From Phaeosaccion multiseriatum (taxonomy: Eukaryota > Protista > Ochrophyta, other classes): a stretch of 64,000 nt of DNA. Location: NCBI GenBank assembly GCA_965112735.1, contig OZ218963.1:1054001-1118000 (forward strand). Direction: 5' to 3'. Positions 37,284 to 64,000 of this stretch are shown piece by piece; within the stretch, counting starts at the first letter, position 1; each line of letters begins with the position of its first letter. Made by a program: the position numbers and the translations under genes. The notes beneath the pieces were generated by a model, which saw only the letters and a list, made by a program, of their open reading frames with translations, did no database searches and was not told the DNA's origin.

Positions 37284-37746
37284 AAGAAGAGAGAGAGAGG
37301 GGAGAGGGGAAGGGGGGGGGGGAAAAAAAATTGGAGGCGTATGGGCATTTATGGTATTCACTACAGCCGGATCTGAGGGATCGGCCTTGACCGGCCCCGG
37401 CCGGCCTGATTACTGATTACGGCCGGCGCACACTGTAACCTTGTCAGGGAATCTATTTCCTTCGAACAGTCGATGCCCCGGTTCCTCCTCAAGAGAGACA
37501 GAAGGGGGGGGGGGGAGAACGCTCTGAAGCACGTAGGTACATGTAGGTCACGAAGTGAATCCACTAGCAGACCTCGCGATGGCTTCAGCCACAGGACCTG
37601 TTCTAACAGGACCTGTCCTAACAGGACCTGTCCTGTCCCCCCACGCACGACTGCTTGCATCGAACTGACGGAGCCAATGCTGCTGCAGCAGTAACAGCAG
37701 CAGTTGGTGATACTGTGGCATCACGCCACGCAGCTTGACTCGACCT

Positions 37747-40849
<3,103 letters not shown>

Positions 40850-40985
40850 GGTTTGGTTTAGTGTAATCATTAATCAATGGAAATGGGGCGCAGTTGGTGA
40901 TTCGAGTCACATTTGGTATGGAACAAAAGTAAAGCCCAAGCCCCCGATTATATCAGTGTTAGCACGTCAGCCTCAGGGGTCGAGC

Positions 40986-58225
<17,240 letters not shown>

Positions 58226-58810
58226 TGAGTTTGCGGTGTTGTCGGGGGGGGGCGGCGTGTTGTTGAACTGTGGCGGAGGGCCGAGAGGGCGAGTAGTATG
58301 GCAGGGGGGCAAGAGGGCGAGAAAGTGGGAGGGAGCCGGTGCTGTCGGGAAGGGCGAAACGGCGAAAAAGGTGTCGTTCTTCCACCGCCCCTGCGCGAAC
58401 TCGAACCAAAGTCTAATGCTATTGTGATTTATCTCTATCCTACGATAAAGAATCTAAGATTGTGATGTATAAACGCATTTACACTCCTCGCTTTCGACCC
58501 ACTCTATTTTCCACTCTCTTCTCCTCCCCGAGGATCCAAATGACATAATACTGTAATAGGGAGGTCTAACAACATAAGAAAAGGGAGGGTGGGATGGTCG
58601 AGAGTGGGGAGCAATTTGACTGTCAATTTGACTGCAGGCCGGCGTAAGGCCAAATCCTTTGCAGTTCAGTCTCTGGGGCAGCTCCGGCGGCATGTTCCCC
58701 TCCCTATACATCATCGGTGATCGGTGACAATACTCACTGTAGAAGGCCCGAAACACCATTTCGGTGTCCGCGACCCCAGGAATAGAGTCCCAAGAACGCC
58801 GGTCTATCTT

Positions 58811-58961
58811 TCTGTCTATGTTTGGAACGCTCCTGTCTATGTTTGGAACGCTCCTGTCTGTCTTTGGAACGCTCCTGTCTGTTTTTTGGAACGCTCCTGT
58901 CTATGTTTGGAACGCTCCTGTCTGTGTTTGGAACGCTCCTGTCTATGTTTGGAACGCTCCT
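58811..58961. repeat. 21-bp minisatellite TTTGGAACGCTCCTGTCT(A/G)TG, about 7 copies, just 3' of the TauE stop
   Basis: Head-to-tail copies, no spacers. Confidence 0.93.
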
Positions 58962-58977
58962 CGCCCGCTCCAACAAA

Positions 58978-59927
58978 CTATCCGACCGCCGGGATACCCG
59001 TGGTGAGTGACTTTACAGTCACGGTGGCGAATGCCAGGCCTATGAAAGCGAACACCACGGCGACAGCTGTCTCCACCACCACAGGGTCGACCTTTCCTTG
59101 AAGGCGGGGCCCGATTTGCCCCCCTGGGGAGGGGCACGAGAGGGAGCCGAACGGAACGGAAGATGGTGCGTCAGAACACAGTGCTTCTAAGCAGTTACTC
59201 GGTTGCCTTTGCGCTTCCAAACGGCTTCAAAGGCTTGTCTTCTTTCCACGGGGTGGTGGGGGGGGGGTCCACACGCGTTGTAACACCCCGTCATCGCCCA
59301 CTCCCTCTCCCCCTTCCTCCCTCCCTCCCTCCCTCCCCCCCTTCCTTCATCCCTCCCTCCGTACGTCCCTCCCACCCTCCCTCTCTCCCTCCCACCCTCC
59401 CTCCCTCCCTCTCTCCCTTCCTCCCTCCCTTCCTCCCTACCTCCCACCCTTCCTCCCTCCCTACCTCCCTCCCTCCCTCCCACCCTTCCTCCCTCCCTCC
59501 CTCCCTCCCTCCCTTCCTCCCTCCCTCCCTCCCTCCCTTCCTCCCACCCTTCCTCCCTACCTCTCACCCTCCCTACGTCCCTCCCACCCACCCACCCTCC
59601 CTCCCTCCCTCCCTCCCTCCCTCCCTCCGTCCCTCCCTCCCTCCCTCCCTCCCTCCCTCTGCATCTCCCTCCCTCTGCATCTCCCTACCTCCCTCCCTCT
59701 CTCCCTCCCTCCCTCCCTCCCTCCCTCCCTCCCTCCCTCCCTCCCTCCCTCCCTCCCTCCCTCCAACTCTCGCGAGCGGAGCACCGGAGGGCCGCTTCAA
59801 GGCTGTGCTCACCGATGATGACTCCGGGGATGGTGAAGGCTACGAGGTTGTACGGGATGGGGACGCTACCCTGAGACACCAGGCCCGCCAGCTGAGTGGC
59901 GGCGGCTGTGACCGCATTGAGGAACAC

Positions 59928-59970
<43 letters not shown>

Positions 59971-61389
59971 TGTGTGGGGATGGCTGTGTGTGTATCACCA
60001 ACATGGGTGTGTGGTAGAATGCGTGAGCACTGCTCCCCCCTCCCACACACACACACACACAGCAAGACAAGAAGAAGGAAGGCTTGAAACACTCACCACC
60101 AGCACGGAGGTACCTGCAGCAACGGGCAGCGGCACCAGGTACTTCTTGGTCAGCTGCGGCAGCACAACTTCGCCTGTGACGGTGTGCGGCGAAAGCAGAG
60201 AGGAGCTGAGCACGTCAGGGGGGAGAGGGTGGGGGCGGGCGGAGGAGGGGGGTGTGCACGTACCAACACCGACGCCGAGAAGGCCCATCAAGAGTCCGCC
60301 AAAGGCCGTACCTGCGACGTTCTTTCCTTCAACCTGCGCATCGAGAGGCACAAAGCAAGAGCGACGGTTACAGAATTGGGAAGAGTCTATTGCTCTGTGG
60401 GTGGTGGCATTGAAAGTACTGTACCTTGGGCGATTCATAGATGAAGTCTGTGCCATCCGACGCGCACTTGAAGCGGAAGTCGCCCCCCCCCTCGCCGTAG
60501 TCGATGGTGCAGTCGTCTGGCACGTCTGCAATGGACGCCAGCACCTCCGGCCGGCCCTCTGTCTGAGCATCTTTGAGTTCCTTCAGCAAGAAGGCTGACA
60601 CGCTGATCATGAGCAGGGAGTAAATGCCCTTGAGGAGCTGTTCATCTGCCCAGGGCGAGAGCAGGGCCCCTGCCAAGCAAGCTGGCAGAGACACGGCGAG
60701 AAAGGGCAACGCCGCCTTGACATCGATCAAACCCTTCTTCTTGTAAGCGAGTAAGCCCGAGCTGAAGCCGAACGCCTCTGTGAGGAGGGCACAAGCCAGG
60801 GCAGCCGTCGAGCTGCCGATGGTGTACTCAGGGCCGAGCAAGGGGAACACTAGGATGAAGATTGGAGTGAACAGCGCGGCGCCCCCGATACCAGCCACCT
60901 GCGCGTAAAAAGGTGCCAGAAGGTGCGAACGAATGACATGAGAGGGGGGCATTGTATCCTTCCACGTTGGCATCTCCCACCCTTTCCCTTCTCCTCCGAG
61001 TCAGGCGGAGGGGTGCTCACCTGCGCTGCGATGGCTGTACAGATACTGAGAGGGAACATGAATGCGTACTGCGTCCAATCCAAGTTCAGAGCGGCGATTG
61101 AACTGCTGGCCCCTTCAAAGAAGTTGGCCGCTTCCACAAAGCCTGATCCCTCTAAGACGTTCATATGCAGACGAATGGTGCTCCGGCTATCACCGCGTAT
61201 TCTTCGGCCGCCCTGTAATGCTTGTGGGCTAAGGGTATTCCTCATCCTATCGCGGGCGCTGCTGCTGCTAAAACTATTTCTCGCCCGAACACTACGTGTC
61301 AGGCCACCAGCAGGGGAGGCCGTAAATGCGGAACTACGTGTCACGAGCGAGAGCAGCAGCAGCAAAGGCAGCATACAAGGTCGAAACAT
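58978..61389 (-). CDS. Sulfite exporter TauE/SafE (TSUP) family membrane protein, likely plastid-targeted (5 exons)
   Basis: Signal [24 protein letters not shown] (ASAFAP-like); motifs [74 protein letters not shown]. Last intron holds (GGGA)n 59300-59764. Confidence 0.88.
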
Positions 61390-61594
61390 CTTAGACAGGT
61401 CTCTATAAGATGGCGGATTTGTCCTCCTCCTTCCAAATCCTAGCTTTGTTTTTTGTTTTTTATTTTTTGTGTGTGGATCGAGTCAGGAAATTGGCACGTT
61501 AGTTGTTCAAATTAGAATCACAAATGGGCGTGGAATGCGTTCCAAATTCATTCATTGGCTTTAAATGGAAGAGTAGAGTACGGCTGAGACGATC

Positions 61595-63055
61595 ATGCTT
61601 TCTGGGATGGGAATATCCCCCAGGGAGTTACCTCAGCATTTGGTTCAAGATGTAAGGAGGGAGAGGCGGTACTGCACCGAGTCCTTCATCTCGCTTACCA
61701 CCAAGCCCCCCCCCTCCCTTCCACTCAAATCAATACTTTTTCAGGGCCTGCTGAAGGAATCCGATCGCCTGAAGCTAAACTTGCTCTTGAGGGCGTCACA
61801 CACCTTCCTGACGGGCACCCCAGCTCTATCCCGGGTATATTCGGAGCGCTTCCGCCGGCACGCCAGGCACTTGTTGCAGGTACGACGAGGGAGAAGGCCA
61901 CTCATTGATGGAGGCTCTAAGGGCTGGGCTGGCAGGCGCTTGAGCGCGCAACCGAATGCAGGACGCATGCTGACATTCCCTCATCTGACCACCGCATGTG
62001 TATAGGATGAGGAGCTGCCGCCGTGGGTGCTGGACGGCCTGTGTCTGCAGTGCGGGGCTGCTCTGGTACCGGGACTGACGTGCAAGGTAAAAAGAGGCGA
62101 TGTATACTTATTTGCAGTCACAACGACTGCTCGTCCTGAAGAAGTTGTGTGTGTTTGTGCTTGCCGGGCATCCACCAGGTGAGAGTGCGCCATCTCACCT
62201 CTCGGGCGCGAAAGCGACGAAGGAGCCCCAATTCGGCCCCCACGAAGAACCAAGTGGTACAACAGTGCAGCGTGTGCAAGGTCTCCAACCCAATCCCAGG
62301 AGCCCGTGCTACTGGTGCTCGTGGTGGGGCAGCGCAGGAAGGGCAGCTGGCCTCGCGGACACCAGCATCAGCATCAGCAGCGACAGCAGCAGCAACAGGA
62401 GCGGATGGCAAGGGAAAGAAGAGGAAAAGAAGTGTGCCAGGTGAGAGAGGACAAGTGTGTTCTCGTGTGTGCTCGCGTGCGCAGATGGTGGATGTAACCG
62501 TTCCCCCACCTCCCACCTCCCACCACATCCTCAGGTGACCAGTCTTTCATTGCCCTCGGACCCTCCAAGAGCACCGACCGACCGACTCCCAGGTAAGCAA
62601 ACGACTTGGACCGAGTATCCCGTTGACCCCTATTCCTGGCCCTGCTTAAACGCTGCTGCTGCTGCTGCTCCTCCTGCTGCTTCTCCTGCTGCTGCTCTAC
62701 TGCTGTCGCTGCCCCCACGTTCCCCCACGCGGCCTCCAGATGTGGAATAAGCAGCGCTTTCAGCTTCAAGCCCAAGTCAGACGCAGCTTCAAGCGGTTGG
62801 AGTGCGGGGGGGTGGAGCAGCTCAGCCCGGGGGGTAGTGGGGGGGAGGGAGGGAGGAGAGGGAGGAGGAGGCGGTTTCAGTTCCAGTCTCCTGGAGCGAT
62901 TAGAGGCTACCCACAAGACCAAAAAGAAGCGCAAAAAGCCCGCTGCAGCTGCGAGTGCGCTCGAGGGTGGCAGCGGCAGCGGCAGCGGCAGCGGCAGCGG
63001 AAACAAAAACAAAGAGCCTCGAGAATCGCTCTTACATAAAATACGTATTGGGTGA
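61595..63055 (+). CDS. RNase P/MRP Rpr2/Rpp21/Snm1-domain protein (about 6 exons)
   Basis: LNLLLRASH..ALSRVY, LPPWVLDGLCLQCGAALVPGLTCKVRV, NQVVQQCSVCKVSN (two CxxC of the zinc ribbon); Lys-rich tail ends KIRIG*. Confidence 0.8.
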
Positions 63056-63086
63056 TGACTCCTTGGAAAAAAAGCTTCTCTTCAGC

Positions 63087-63987
63087 CTAGTGATGTCCGC
63101 TCCGGCTTCGCTCTACAGGGGCTTGTGTACCTGGTGCTTCACAAGCTGCTGCTGCTTCAAAAAGCACTGCTGCTCCTGCACTTTCCCCCTCTACAGCAGC
63201 ACCAGCACCAGCAGCAGCAGCAGCTTCAAAAGCACCCGATGATTCTGGCCTTGCCCCTGCCCCTCCCTCCGCCTCTGCCCCTGCGGTTGCTGCTGCCTTG
63301 TGGTCCTCCCCTTCCCCCTGCGCCTGCTTGTGGTCCTCCCCCAGTCCCTGTGCCTGCTTGTGGTCCTCCCCCAGTCCCTGTGCCTGCTTGTGGTCTTCCC
63401 CCAGTCCCTGTGCCTGCTTGTGGTCCTCCCCCAGTCCCTGTGCCTGCCCCTGGGCCTTGCCCTGCCCCTGCTCCTCCCCCTGCCCCTGTCCCTGCCCATA
63501 TGCCTCCTCCTTGCCCTGCTCGACGGCGTAGTTGTGCAGCCTGAGCATGTGCCGCTGCAGCACATTCTTGTAGGCGAAGGTCTTGTCGCACTTGGGGCAC
63601 GCGAAGGGCCGCTTGCCCGAGTGCACCGCCCGCTGGTGCGCGTACATACCCCTCTTGCGCACAAAGTGTCTCATGCAGCCGTCTATGTCACACACAAAGC
63701 CACCCACCGTCTTCTCCCCGCCCTCCTTTATGTGGGTCGTTTTCCGCCGCTTTGCCTTGGGCCCTTGTCGCTGCGCATTCTCCCCCTCTTCCTCTTCATC
63801 CCCACTTCCCTTCAACTCCTCCTCCTCTTCCTCCTCCCCCTTTTCCTCCTCCTCCTCTCCTCCCTCCTCATCTCCCGCGTGGGCGGTGCGCAAGTGCCGG
63901 AGCATGGTCTTGAAGGAGCTGAAGCCGCGAGGGCACTCTTCGCACCGAACGTGGTGCATCTCCTGCCGATGGACCTTGAGAGCGGCC
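63087..63987 (-). CDS. Last exon of a C2H2 zinc-finger protein, TFIIIA-like; gene continues past the window end
   Basis: Fingers CEECPRGFSSFKTMLRHLRTAH, FVCDIDGCMRHF..AHQRAVHSGKRPFACPKCDKTFAYKNVLQRHMLRLH; acceptor at 63988-63989; 10-aa repeat QAQGLGEDHK x4-5. Confidence 0.75.
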
Positions 63988-64000
63988 CTAGAGGGAAAGA

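Noticed and set aside
37590-37636. 15-bp near-palindromic repeat ACAGGACCTGT x3 between DHPS and RRP41
   Set aside because: Indistinguishable from the many slippage minisatellites here; no independent evidence of regulatory function.
58811-58961. 21-bp repeats, and the 35-bp repeats at 49837-49944, as a possible CRISPR array
   Set aside because: Head-to-tail copies without unique spacers, eukaryotic context, no cas genes.

Overview
Gene-dense, GC-rich, intron-rich eukaryotic nuclear DNA, most likely from a photosynthetic stramenopile (ochrophyte), judging by bipartite signal+ASAFAP-like presequences on plastid-type proteins. I reconstructed 17 protein-coding genes by hand across GT/GC-AG introns: a TRAF-Zn-finger protein (partial), CGL160/Atp1-like, AP-3 beta, a secreted Cys-rich protein, PPIL1 cyclophilin, a selenoprotein S-like gene, peroxisomal long-chain acyl-CoA synthetase, ABCF ATPase, CPBP/CAAX protease, a calcineurin-A-like phosphatase, a KNS3/At5g58100-family membrane protein, RRP41, deoxyhypusine synthase, a large IQ+LRR protein, a TauE/SafE transporter, an Rpp21/Rpr2-like protein and a TFIIIA-like C2H2 protein (partial). 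Most notable: (1) a single-chain calcineurin-like phosphatase that has lost the recognisable CnB- and calmodulin-binding motifs, keeps the autoinhibitory motif, and carries its own EF-hand pair plus N-terminal RING/Zn fingers; (2) an in-frame UGA selenoprotein with a non-canonical AGGA-core SECIS-like hairpin; (3) intronic microsatellites organised around splice signals, including an IQ exon bracketed by reverse-complementary repeats. No rRNA, tRNA, CRISPR or recognisable transposon was found. Family assignments come from recalled motifs, not database searches.
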